From: Octopus vulgaris
Lineage: Eukaryota
DNA length: 64,000 nucleotides
Direction of reading: 5' to 3'
NCBI GenBank assembly: GCA_951406725.2
Contig: OX597817.1
Span: 110,732,001-110,796,000 of the forward strand
The notes under the pieces are model-generated. The model did no database searches. It was not told where the DNA came from and saw nothing but the letters and a program-made list of their open reading frames with translations. Each line of letters begins with the position of its first letter. Positions within the stretch are counted from its first letter, which is position 1. Shown here one piece after another: positions 39,755-52,718 of the stretch. The position numbers and the translations under genes are program-made.

Positions 39755-42700
39755 AAGAAATCAGCAGTATTCAGACCCGGAGAAGGATGGACTCTGCCAT
39801 GCCTCTAATGCCTGAAGTACACTATATGTTACAAGAGCATTTGTATGACTCCATCAGGAGTTGAGGGCTCAAAGGGAAATATTGTTTTAAATGTCATACT
39901 GAACTTCAACTGTACAAGATTTATTTGTAATATTTCACATTTTTATTTTATCTTATGCTATAAACAAAGAATAGCATTCTTTATTTTTTTCTACAACATT
40001 ACAGTGAATCCAAATAGCTTTCATTTCTGACAAGAAGATTTATGTTGTTTGTATAAAGATCAGATCTGTGCTTTTTTTATCTCATTAAAGATGGACATCC
40101 CTCAATGTATGCATGGCACTTTGCATCCTTTGCTTAGCAACTAATATGCAAGTTAAACACCAGCATTTACTGATTGGAAAAGGTTTCATGAAGATGATAA
40201 TGCTGCCACTGTTCCTGCTGCTGCTACTGCTGCTGCAGACATGTGATCTGATCATAAAAGAGAAGGCTTTGCTTGTCTCTTTTAAATCAAATATAAATGT
40301 TTTGTCGTTTCTTAATCCAAATTGACTATGGGCTGTTAACGACCAAATTGTCTAAGATAGATCATATTTTATTTTTATGTTCAATCCATGCCAGCATGGG
40401 AAGCAGTTGTTAGATGATGATGATACATCTCATATCTGGCTGTCTTTTTTTTACTTTGATGGAAAATTTTGTCATATCGCATATGTATGTAAATGGCGAT
40501 ACACATACACACATATGGACAGCAGGGTAATAACTTCTTTCTCAGGAACAAGGAGCTTTCTGTAATAACGTGTGAAATATAATTCCTGTAGTTGACTCCA
40601 GCGTAATTTATTATTTTGTCGATCATGCTAGGATGAAATGTAAACCAAGTTTTGTTTTTTTTTCCTTAAAGCCAAATTGCTTCATTAATTTGTGTGGATA
40701 ATGACAATGTACTATGGTAGGCACAATATTGGTGGAGTGTTGAACAAATTGCCTTGTGTGTATTTAGTTATGCATGTTTATATCAGGAGTTCATATCCAG
40801 CCAAAGTAATTTTTATCTTTTATTTTTCCAGAGTTGATAAAGTAACCAATCAAATACTAGAATGGATATTTGCCAATGTAAATTATTTTACTTGGTATTA
40901 TATTTTTTATACATGCCTTTACTATGTTGAGTAAGATCTAGAATATGAAGAAAGCGGAATATTCTCCATTAGTTTTTTGTTTTCTTTTACTATTTAGTCT
41001 AATTTTTGACCCTAAAACTTGTGAGAAGCAGTAGGGAAATTATTCTGAAACTGGAGACCTGGTCTGCATACTTGCAGCAGATAGAACACCTAAGGACTAG
41101 TCCATTGAAAAGTTCATAGGAAACTTCAATAGCTTTAATTTTCATGAGGAGTGAAGGCATACTCACAGCCTAAGCAACAGCACTGTTTTTCTTCCTTATT
41201 CTCAGATGAAGAGAAAGAGTTTAGAACATTAAATTCTCCATCCCACATTGTAACTGAAATTACTGAACTCTCATATGAGCCATCCTTTTTTAGATATGTT
41301 GATACATGTACATGTGGTTAAGAAGTTTACATTGCAATTACAAGGTTTCAGATCTTATTCAAAGCATCTTGAGTAAGTGTCTTCCTTCCATTGCCTTGGG
41401 TTGGGAGAAATATGTGTCTTTTTTTTATAGCCTTGTGAGTGAAATTAGGTTGTTGGAAACTGTTGGATAGACTATATTTATGATTTGAGGGTCTGGCCAT
41501 ACCATATTCATTAATTAAACAATCATTCATCAAATCTGTGAGAATCTATATTGATTATGTACAAGGTCTGTCATATATTGAATGTTGAGGGATCATTTAT
41601 ATGGTCACAACTCTCTAGAAATAGTCGTTGAATTTCGCCAAATTGTATCATACTATCTTAAAACAAGGACACATTAGATAATGTAGGTTTGCTTATACTA
41701 AAACATGTGGTGGTCACTGACAGGAACGTCTTTGATCATAAGTCTGCTTGATCAGAGTTCACCTATAGCTAACAACAACAAAAATTAATACTGATTGATT
41801 TCGGCCTACAAGTTGCAAAAGATGTGCAAGGTTGTTTCGTGAATTGCCTGAAGAGATGTCGGCTAAATATTCTGATTTCATAATGACCATTTTAAAACTT
41901 GCTTCTGCTGTTAAAGCATCATTGAATGGAAATAAATCCTATTTTATATATATATATATATATATATACATGCACACACACACCATCTATACACATACAC
42001 GGGATGTGTGTGTATTTATATTATTTTGCATTTTATTTGAACAAGTTCAGGATAAAGATTAAAGCTTTTAAGCAAGTACATCTTTAGGATGAAAATAATC
42101 AAAATGCCATGCTGCTGTTAATTCTTGCCTTTTCTCGTTGTTCACAGATAAATGATAAAAAAAAAGCAAAAAAAAAAAAAAAAAAAACACTTGTTATCTT
42201 TTTTATTTAAATAGCAAATTCCACTAACCTTATCTACTCATTAGAGTTTTCTCATGTCAGAAAATATTAACAGAAATATAAATAGACTATGCTGTTGACA
42301 ACTGTCTTCTATGGACAGTTACTTTTGAAAATGCTAATCTTTATCACTTTGCAGTATTATTGTTTTGGGTGTCTACTAAAATAAACAATTTGTAAACTAC
42401 ATATTTGTATTAAAAAAGTGTTGGATTCATTTATTGAGAAAGGAATGTATTTTATTATTTTTTTCATCCTTAGATTTTTGCTTCTTTCTTAGTCTTAGAG
42501 AAACCAATTAGTAGGAATATGGCTATTTTGTTTTTGTTAAATGAACAGATTCTTTTTTGTGGTTGAATGGTTAAAAAAATATTTACTGTAATTGAAGGAA
42601 TAAATTAAAGTGAAAGTTTTAGTCTAATTTGTTTGACACCTCTCTGTAACATAAGTATACCCTTCCCTACTACATCTTCCTTCTACTCTCCTCTCTTTCA

Positions 42701-42869
42701 CCTCCACCCCCTCTCTCTTGCTCCCTTTCCTACTGATGTAGCCATGTATCTCCTTTAGTGCAGGACACCTATTTCCATCCCTCTATTTGTACTCTAACCT
42801 CTCATCACCTAATACAAAAACACCTCCCTCAATACTACCCCATCTATACATCCTCACTTGAGAGGTCTT

Positions 42870-43088
42870 GTCTTATTTGGTGACCTCACTGCTGCTGGTG
42901 CCATGTAAAAAAGCATTCAGTATACTCTGTAAAATGGTTGGCATTGGGAAGGGGTTACAGCCATGGAAACCATGCCAAAGCAGAGAGTTGAGCTTGGCGC
43001 AGTCGTCTGACTTGCTAGCTTCTGTCAAACTGTCCAGTCAAAGCCAGCACAGAAAATAAGCATTAAATAATGATGATGATGATGATGA
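42870..43088 (+). mobile_element. RTE-type 3' tail fragment ending in (GAT)n
   Basis: GCTGGTGCCATGTAAAAAAGCA...TGGTTGGCATTGGGAAGGG...TAAATAATGATGATGAT parallels 52535-52718. Similar tails lie at ~53410-53600 (-), 54690-54850, 60770-60897 and 40380-40424. Confidence 0.75.
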
Positions 43089-43844
43089 TATATAATCCAA
43101 GGTCAGCCCAAATTGAGCAGATTCATGGTCAAAGATGTTCCTGCTGTGACCATTTTTATATATGTAGGACCACATTGTCCAATACATTCTTCTTTTAAGA
43201 TTGTAAGAAGCAATTTGAAGGAAATTTAGCTGCTGTTTTTAGCAGCTTCTGTAACCATGTAAAAGCTCCTTTGTTAGTTCGTGAGAATGAGATTTTTTTA
43301 GATTGGTGTTCTTTATAATGTTGTTCAATCAGTTATTGTATTGTGAAATATGGGAGCATTCGACCACACGATTTTGTCTACACTAACGAAAGGAAATTTG
43401 ATATGTTCACTCTATTTTCGAACAAAGTCAGGCTCAGACAGAATATGTACGCATATGTGCAGCACCATTGTTATTCACATATCATTAATTAGGAATATTT
43501 TCTTCAGTTTTATTGTTGCATTGTATTAACAGGAAACACAGTCTATTTGTACTTTTTCATGTTCAACTTTTTAACTACTGTTCACTACATGACCAGATAC
43601 CAAAAGGCAAACCATGAAGAAAAGAGAAAAAGATACACTTAACATAGTTTTTATATTGTGTATACAGAATATTTTCTTGTGTTTATTTTGTTCTACATCT
43701 TCTGCATCTGTGTGAAACATTTCAGATTAGTTTCTCACGTATTCTAACGTATATCATTTCAAAATGCTTGCAATTTCTTTTTTGCTTTTCCTTTTCAATG
43801 GAACAATAAAAAAAAAAGAATGTATGCAAAATTAATTCCTTATT

Positions 43845-43883
<39 letters not shown>

Positions 43884-44230
43884 TTGACATAGAAAATTAT
43901 CAGGATTAATGAAAAAAACATATTCTCATATCTTTACCAATTGAATATTTGGTTTGTAATTATGTTTTCATGTTCAGGAAAAAAGAGCTTTTATTATTTA
44001 TTATACAGCCTTTGTACATTGGCCATGCCTAATTTCAGTTTAAATCTAATTTTTGTCTCTTGTTAATGTTGATTTTAGTAGGCTTTATTAGTTTTGGTTT
44101 TGTTTAATTAGAAAATGTAGGTTTCGAACTGTCTAGGTTATGTGGATAGTGAAGAAATTTATTTAAAGGTATTTAAATGTTTTCAATTAAAATTAAGAAA
44201 CGATGTAGAATCAGTCTGATTTGGACTGTG

Positions 44231-44269
<39 letters not shown>

Positions 44270-44311
44270 CAGAGTTTGTGTAGGTCTGAGTATGGTTCCT
44301 TATGGATTTGA

Positions 44312-46460
44312 AAACTGGGTTGCCAGTTTTGACATGAGGAATCAAAAGATTCAGTAATCTTTTGGCTACCAAATAAAGTATGTTTTTTGCACAACAACTC
44401 TCTTTTACTACAAAAATAACCTCGAAAATGAGGCCAGGTCACACAATTTAGAGGTCATTTTCAGGCAATATTCAGATTTGTTTCTAATCTACTTAGCCAA
44501 TTTTAATGTTTTTGGTGTAAAAAAATGCAACAAGGTACAAGGAGTGTTATGAGTGCATTTATGCTGCACACAGAAAATGACCAAAAACCATGCTGTTTGG
44601 TGCAATTATTGGTACATTTTCTGTACCACCCACTTTCACATTCTCTTTTAAAAATTTCTTCGGATTTCTATGTTTTCAATATAGGAGAATACAATTATGC
44701 CCCAAAATTACATCTTCAAAATTTTAATTTCTCCCCTCCTCACCCTAGTTTTTGAAAAAAAACGTGGAGGGTGCAAATGTCACCTCCAACTTGCTAGAAA
44801 ACAACAGTTAAATGACACAATTTCTGAAAGTTTATATCAAAGATGAGGTTTTTTAAATATGCTCATCACAAACATGAATTACAAAATAAAATAAGTTGGC
44901 AGAGTTCTGATTGAAGCACGTACTAAAACCCCTCATAACTTTTTATTTTGAAGAATTTTCACAAAAATTTTCTGATTTTGTCTTCTGTGTAATGGAATTA
45001 ATATGATTATCTAATAAAAACTTTTTGTTTTAAATATTTCCCCTTCCCCCCTAATTCCAAAACTTTCCAGTTTTTTGATCTTTAAAAAAAAATTTTTGGT
45101 TTTAAAATGTGAACAGTCCAATTCTGTCATTCATTTCTCTTCATAATTTCTAAATAATTTTTTAAATACTTTGCAATCAAAATTGTTGAGTGTTTGTGTA
45201 AGAGAAAATCATTTACTAACAGAAAATTATGTTATTAAAATAAATTATCTCTAACATACCTTCAAATTGGTGTGAGAAAAACATTTACTAACAGAGAAGT
45301 TATGAAAATAAATTATCTGTAACATACCTTTAAATTATTACAGATAAAATATTAAAACTAAAAAACTTGCTCATGAAGTGTACAATTCAAATTTCAATTT
45401 GACTGTGATCTTCTCGCTAGAAGTCACCCTTATTTCTAAAAGGACAGGTGTCTGTTTTATTAGAAATAAAGTGAGAGTGCATATTGTCATTCTTTCAATT
45501 TTTTTGGCAAAGGAAATTTTGTATACTTGCAATATATGACAACATGGCAAAGAAAGGTCTCATGTATATTCATTCTACGAAAACTGGAGTCATGCAAAAC
45601 CTGGTTTACCCAGAAGCATTGTCGGCTTTACTGAACATTTGCTGAAGTTTGCAGTCTGCCCAAACATTACAGAGATGACACTTTTCACAATGAAGGAGCT
45701 TTCTTTCCATGTACCTTACCTTCTACTATATGGATACTTCTACGCCCTCATTCAGTATCAATTTCTTTACATCCCTAAGTCTTGATTGCTTATTTTTGCC
45801 TGTTTGCACTCAAAAGCAAAACAAAGTCCTTTTCTTGTGCAACCTATTAATATACTTTACTTTATTTCTTAGGCTTTCACTGTTCATCAGCCATGAAGCC
45901 ATACATTTCTCCATTACTACTGCCCCATCTCTGCATACCAGTATAACCCATCGATTTTCAAGAAGCATAGCATCCCTACACATTTATGCCAAATTGTCCA
46001 CATCACTAACCCTGTTTACTCCTATCCTCATATATGTACATATACATACAGCCCAAAAAGTCCCGTTTTTTATTCTGTTGACATAACTGATACCAAATAT
46101 GCTTGCAGAAAACCATAAAACTTTTGAACATTAGGGAAGCTAATGTATACATGTGTTATTGACAGTTATCGACAAATAATATGGGATGGGTAAGAACTAT
46201 TTCAACTTCTACATAACCAAATTTGTAGCCATGAAACTGAGTTGCCAATATTACTGTATGAGATATCAAAAGATTGAACAATCTTTTGGCTACCAGCATA
46301 AAGTAAGTTTTTTGCACAGCAACCTTATTTTTTTACAAAAATTAACACCGAAACGAGACTGGGTCACACAATTTTTTGGTCATTTTGGGGGCAATGTTAG
46401 GATTTCCTTCTAATCTAAGTTGTCATTGTACATGTTTTTCAGGTGTCAAAAATTTTAACA
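44312..46460. repeat. ~2.1-kb segment bounded by diverged ~220-bp direct repeats (unclassified element)
   Basis: 44312-44531 and 46234-46460 share ordered words: AAACTG(G/A)GTTGCCA, ATCAAAAGATT, TTTGGCTACCA, GTTTTTTGCACA, GGTCACACAATTT, TTCTAATCTA. Confidence 0.7.
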
Positions 46461-49400
46461 TTGTTCATCAGAAATCTGGATCTAGTTGTAATCTCTAGAT
46501 AAAGCAATGATTCTGCTACCTCTTGTCTCTATTACAACTCTCTCATAACAATGAATTTGCTTCCTCCATAATATTTTAACTCCTCTTTTACCCTTTGAGC
46601 TACAAAACAACCCCACTTGTACTGGTGCCATGAAAAAAAAAACACCAATGCTCTCTGTAAGTAGCTGGTAAATCAAATAGAGCAGCAATAAAGCAGGGTT
46701 TGAGAAGTCTCTGTGGCTTTGCTAGAGTGAGGCTGTAGTACTGGGGCTATGAAAAATGTATGAAAAATATTCTCCCAGTACATTTCGTAAATTAAATGTT
46801 TCTAGGAAGAGCTTCAAACTGTAGCAACCATACCAAAGCTGAGATACTGGAGCAAGAAGTGGTCCTTCAGCTTGTTGAACTGTTCCAAATATGTCAACAT
46901 AGAAAATGAATATAAGATGAGTCATTATAGTGCAGGATAGAATACCTTAAAATATTCATTCCAGTTTTCTACTTGTTGAGTTGAAATCCTGTCTTGGTCA
47001 ACTTTGTCTTACATCCTTTTAGGCCAACAAAATAGTAATCTAATAGTGGGATCAACTCTTATACTCACTTTCTATCTCACTTTCTCTGTCTATCTCTCTT
47101 TCTCTCTGAAAAAAAAATAGCCATGTTCAAACCTAGTGTGTGATGGGCTTCATCAGGTTTAAATAACTGTCATGATGATGTTACTATGACCCCATTAGGA
47201 GTTAGTTCTGAGGAAAAATATATGTAGATCTTGAAGCAGATGTAACTATTATTTATAACTGTTTTCATTTTGAGATACACTGTTAAATGATACATATATA
47301 TATCAATATGTGTTATTGTGTTGCTGTGAATGTGCTCATTCCAGCAAATTTCACCCACAAAGCCAGGCTTTGGAAGAAGACCCTTATGCAAAGTATTGTT
47401 TAGTATGACTGAATCTGGAAACATGTGGTTGCATAGCAAACACCTTAACTACACAGCTGTGCCTGTGGCCAAATTATGTTAATCTTTTGTCAGAAGCCTT
47501 TGTGTTGTAGATGCCATTGTGTTGTAGATGGCTTCTCTTAGCAAAAGCATCTATAGGCTTTCTGTGTATAAATATACTGTGTAGTAGTTTCTTATTGCCT
47601 AGACACAAATCTATGATTGTACTCAGGGTGTGTGAATGATATCTATTTCTGGCAGCAAGTGAATTGAGATAAATTTTTAGGTGTCATGCTCAAAAACCCA
47701 ATGAAATATTGGCTGGAAGTTTCAGTTGGCAAATGCAATATCATTTATCCACTTGGGCATTTCACTACCATAATTTATAGATTAATAAATACATCTAAGA
47801 CAGGTATGTGTAGCGGGGCAGTGATTTAAGAAATGATTTGATGAGGGTGTGATAAATATTATTACTAGTCACACGTGTATTTTAATAAAGTAGTTTTTTT
47901 GTTTTGGTTTTGATTAAGTTTGATGCATTTAGAGTTATTGTCTATAATAAAGTTATTTTCCTGTTTTCTTTTTTAAGTAAGATTTAATTTTATTTATATG
48001 GTTTTCAATTCTGTTTCTGAGTGATGAAATTCTTTTCATGTATTTAATTATAAAAGAATTAAGTTAAATGCAAGAATATAATTTTTTTTAGTTTTGTATC
48101 TTATCACATGTGTGTGTGTGTGTTTCTAGGTATTTTAAGCTAGTTGATAAATTATGTTTTATAAGAGTTTTCTTCTTCAGCTTCTAACGATCTAAATAAT
48201 TAGAAATAACTGATTACTAAAGCTACTTTATTGGTATTTTGCAATTTTCTCCATATTGTATTTTCCATGTTAAACATTTTAAAATCATTCATTTTTATTA
48301 TTAAAATGAAAACCATATAAATTGTACTGCACTCTGTTTTGTAAGATGCTGAACTTTAGTAACTAAAGATAGGTTTACCATGATGATGAAGTTTTGAAAT
48401 AATTTCTCATTCTGGAATGTAATGGATTAGATTAAATTAGTTAGTAAAATATCCTCAATTCAGCTGTCTCAGACCATTTTTGTTAAACTCTATAAATTTT
48501 TATTTCATACAGTTATCTTCCTCCTCAAAGACCTTATAAATTTTCTTTTTCTTTTAATGACACAGGGAAAATAATTGAACTTCAGAAACAGAGTTAACAT
48601 GGTGAATGAATATACTGTCATTTCCTTTTGCAATTCTATCTACTTAAGCTTCATTCCAAATAACCAATTAAGTTATATGACAAGTACACATATCTTTGCT
48701 TTCTGAAGAAATTAAATGTTTAAGGCAGGTTAGTTTTCAATGAAACTTAACCTTATCAGAATTTATATTTTTTTACATTGGTTTATGTAGTTATATAGCA
48801 AAAAGTAATCGTAAATTTAGATGACTGTTCTACATTTCTATTTTGATTCTTGAACTTAACCTTTCTTAAATTCTTTTCATTTGTTATTTTTAGCTGTGGT
48901 TTTTTTTTTTTTTACAATAAAACATTTCATTTTATAAATATTACATTCAACATTTCAGTTTAAGATTCTAGAAGAAATATTCTTGTTTTCTTAAGAATGA
49001 TGAAATATTTTACTATATTTCTTTGTTTTTTTTTTATTTTGTTTTAACTGCTGTCTCTTCTTTAGATTCTCTTTTGGCTCCTGTGTCAACAATGCCTGCT
49101 TTATGTCGTGCTTCTAAACAGACAGCATGCTTTGCTGCATTTGTCAGTCAGCCTTATCCATTCTGTGAAGTTGTAATGAACATTCTTTCCCACAGTCTTA
49201 CAGTGAATGTAGACTAGGTCAGAGGAATTAGATATTTTTCTTCTTTTTTAGGGGATGGGTTGGGGATTGATGTTTAGGAATCTGGGATGACTTTTTTTCA
49301 GACTCATATTTTAAAGAAAACAAAATAAATGAAACATTTCTATTGTCTCAAGAATCATATGGTTGCCAGACTTACACAGCATAAAATGCCATTTTCTTGT

Positions 49401-50916
49401 TTAGGTTCCATTTTTGTTTGTATTTTTATAAATGGTTTTAAATTTTTGTGTTTTAATCTGTTTAACCCACTAAAAAGTCTTCTACTGAGTTTCAAATACT
49501 TACCGTTAAAGTATACTGACACATGTTGTATATACATAAATGTTATAATGCTTATATATATAGAGCTAACATGCAAACTGTCCCGATGTTATTACTCTAG
49601 AACTCCCTGTATGATACTAAATATTTTATGCATCCCCATGCTTACCAAGTTAGAAGACAGATGCTGAGTACACATTTGTCTCTTTTAGGAACTTACCCTC
49701 CTCTCTCTCTCTCTTAATATTTATACTGGGAATATTCTCTTTGCTTTTCTGACATAAATTTCTCTATTTTGATTTTATCTACTATTTTTACTTTATTTAA
49801 AAGCTCATAATATTCTGGATTTTAAGTTACAGAATTACTTCAGGTTGTTCAGAAGGGATGATTATTTATCTGTTTTGTCTGAATTTTTGTGATGAGAAGT
49901 AACCATTATCATACATTTTTAGATATAAGCATGTTTATGTAGTTATGAAATTTTCTTTGCAGCCTGGTGTTTTTAGGTCTGATTCCACTACATGGCACTC
50001 TGAGCGAGTGTCTTCTACAAAAGCCTTCAGCTTACTAATGCTTGTGAATGAAATTTGGAGAGAGGGAGTGTGTGTGTATGTGTCATTATGCTTCTGTGCA
50101 TATGGTACAGTTTTAGTGGTAATATTATCTCTCTAATAAACAAACAAACAATACATCTGTCAGTGGTTTGAAATGCAAATATGTAGGAAATAAGCCCCTT
50201 GCTTGTAAAAGAAGAATGGGTTGGTATAAAGAATACTACCATAAGAAGTCTCACTCAACCCATGGTAGGATGGAAAAAGCAGATTAAAAAAAAAACAAAT
50301 TGGTGATCTGGATGATGCTTCAATGTATTCAGACTAGTATCCTCAACTTTGTTGTTACAAGATGAAGGCACCTGACCAAATATATCAGTGTATTATATTG
50401 TTTCTTATCTAATCAATTGTTGACCAATGACATTTTGATCTGTCTGAATGTAGTGTTTATTTTGGAGTAGTTATCATTTTATATATCATGGAAGTTAGAT
50501 GGCTGTTGTCCTGCTGTGCTAGATCATTTATAGTAATCTCTAAGTTACTATTTTCATATAAATATCAAAGTGCTTCTGCCACTTTGTCTGTTTCACACTG
50601 GTAATAGAACCTTTTAATCATTTGGAAAATTTCCAACCATGCTTCTAATTTAATTGGTTGCTAGCTATTGATTTAACGAGATCAATTCTAGTTCTTCATC
50701 ATTTTCATAATCATTTTAATCATAATTATTATCATTGATGTATTTGCTTTTCTGTTACAGTTTCAGTTACCGTTTCAACTTCCTAAAACCTTCCTTTTAT
50801 CTATCACTTATTTTGTTCTACTTTTATTATAGCTCAGGTATCCAACTTCACATTTAAATTGTTTTTTCTAATACTACTTTACTTGGAAACAAGTTATGGT
50901 TGACAACTGGAGGGGC

Positions 50917-51050
50917 TACCAAATCCACTCACAAGGCTTTGGTCGGCCCAAGGCTATAGTAGAAGACACTTGCCCAACGTACCACGCAGTGGGACTGAAC
51001 CCAGAACCATATGGTTGGTAAGCAAGCTACTTACCACACAGCCATTCCTG
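50917..51050 (-). mobile_element. SINE family A head fragment
   Basis: CTACCAAATCCACTCACAAGGCTTTGGTCGG...CTTACCACACAGCCATTCCTG. Confidence 0.88.
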
Positions 51051-51164
51051 TTATTCGAATAAAGTTTTCGATGAAAAATAAATCTGAAAGTGAATAAGCT
51101 CTTCAGTTTCTGATGAGCCACAGGCATAACAAAATATGTTTTGTTGCACAAATTATATATATAT

Positions 51165-51210
<46 letters not shown>

Positions 51211-51589
51211 TATAAAACATAACTTTTCAGGACTCTTGTTGTTTTTTTTTTATTTGCATTTTTCTTTCCAATTCTGCTTTCTCTTTTCTTCTTGTACTCA
51301 TTCCCTTCTTTTCATATGAAGGACTTAAATTTCAAATGTTAGACATATTACAATTTTGATTTTTTTAAGCATTGAACCAATACCCATTGTCATTTGCTTT
51401 TTATTCTCCACACTTACCTACTCACTCACTCATTCTCTCTCTCTCTCTTGCACACACACACACACACACAAAAGATCACCATCATTTTACTAACTCCTTT
51501 CTATGTTGTCATGAATTGGATGTTTTTTCTGAAGCAGTTGTTTTCAATTGGATGCCATTCCTGCCACTAATCATTTTAAATAATAATGA

Positions 51590-52718
51590 TATTGAAAGTG
51601 TAACTGCTAGAGTAAGAATAGCCTGGGCAAAGTTTAGAGAGCTCTTACCCCTGCTGGTGACAAAAGGCCTCTCGCTCAAAGTAAAAGGCAGACTGTATGA
51701 TGCATGTGTACGTACAGCCATGCTACATGGTAGTGAAACTTGGGCTGTGACTGCTGAGGATTTGCGTAAGCTTGCAAGAAATGAAGCTAGTATGCTCCGT
51801 TGGATGTGTAATGTCAGTGTTCATAATCGACAGAGTGTAAGTACCTTGAGAGAAAAGTTGGACCTAAGAAGCATCAGTTGTTGTGTGCAAGAGAGACGAT
51901 TGCACTGGGATGGTCATGTGGCGAGAATGGATGAAGATAGGTGTGTGAAAAAGTGCCACACCCTGGCAGTTGAGGGGACCTGTGGGACTTTTTCACACAC
52001 CTATCTTCATCCATTCTGGGACGAGGTGGTGAAGCACAACCTTCGAACTTTAGGTCTCACCAAGGAAATGACTAGAGACCGAGACCTATGGAAGTATGCT
52101 GTGCGTGAGAAGACCCGGCAAGACCAGTCAGAACAGTCAAAATCAAAATGAAAATCAAACCAAATCAAATCAGATATCAGAAAGCAGAACCAAAATTGAG
52201 GTCGATCAACATAGTGGAAATTGCAGCTGTGGTTAAACGAACCATCCGATCGTGGTCATTGCCGGCGCCGCCCCGTCTGGCCTCCGTGCCGGTGGCACGT
52301 AAAAGCACCATCCGCTCGTGTCCGTAGCCAGCCTCGCCTGGCCCCTGTGCTGGTGGCACGTAAAAGCACCATCCACTCGTGTCCGTAGCCAGCCTCGCCT
52401 GGCCCCCATGCCGGTGGCACGTAAAAGCATCATCCGTTCGTGTCCGTTGCAAGCCATGCCTGGCCCCCGTGCCGGTGACACGTAAAAGCACCATCCGTTC
52501 GTGGCCGTTTGCCAGCTCCGTCTGGCACCTATGCAGGTGGCACGTAAAAAGCACCCACTACACTCACGGAGTGGTTGGCGTTAGGAAGGGCATCCAGCCA
52601 TAGAAACACTGCCAGATCTGACTGGGCCTGATGAAGCCTTCCAGCTTCACAGACCCCAGTTGAACCATCCAACCCATGCTAGCATGGAAAACGGATGCTA
52701 AATGATGATGATGATGAT
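51590..52718 (+). mobile_element. 5'-truncated RTE-clade LINE (ORF C-terminus, 3' UTR, (GAT)n tail)
   Basis: Translation RVRIAWAKFREL...KGRLYDACVRTAMLHGSETW...RRLHWDGHVARM is the typical post-RT region of RTE elements. Stop at 52149-52151 and a (GAT)n tail at ~52703-52718. Confidence 0.92.
52241..52555 (+). repeat. GC-rich 61-bp tandem array (5 units) in the LINE 3' UTR
   Basis: GGTGGCACGTAAAAGCACCATCC recurs at ~61-bp spacing and the whole unit is conserved. Confidence 0.93.

Noticed and set aside
50745-50845. Acceptor TTCTGTTACAG at 50760 and possible 5-nt microexon CTCAG|GTATCC
   Set aside because: The phase-0 reading hits TAG before any donor, the microexon donor is weak, and such sites arise by chance in T-rich intron.
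51372-51589. N-terminal part of the 259-aa ORF
   Set aside because: Chance read-through of microsatellite and an old antisense tail fragment upstream of the LINE truncation point.
52241-52555. CRISPR-like array
   Set aside because: The whole 61-bp unit is repeated with no unique spacers, it sits in a LINE 3' UTR, and there are no cas genes.
52177-52603. Repetitive ORFs (125, 82 and 74 aa)
   Set aside because: These are by-products of the GC-rich tandem array.
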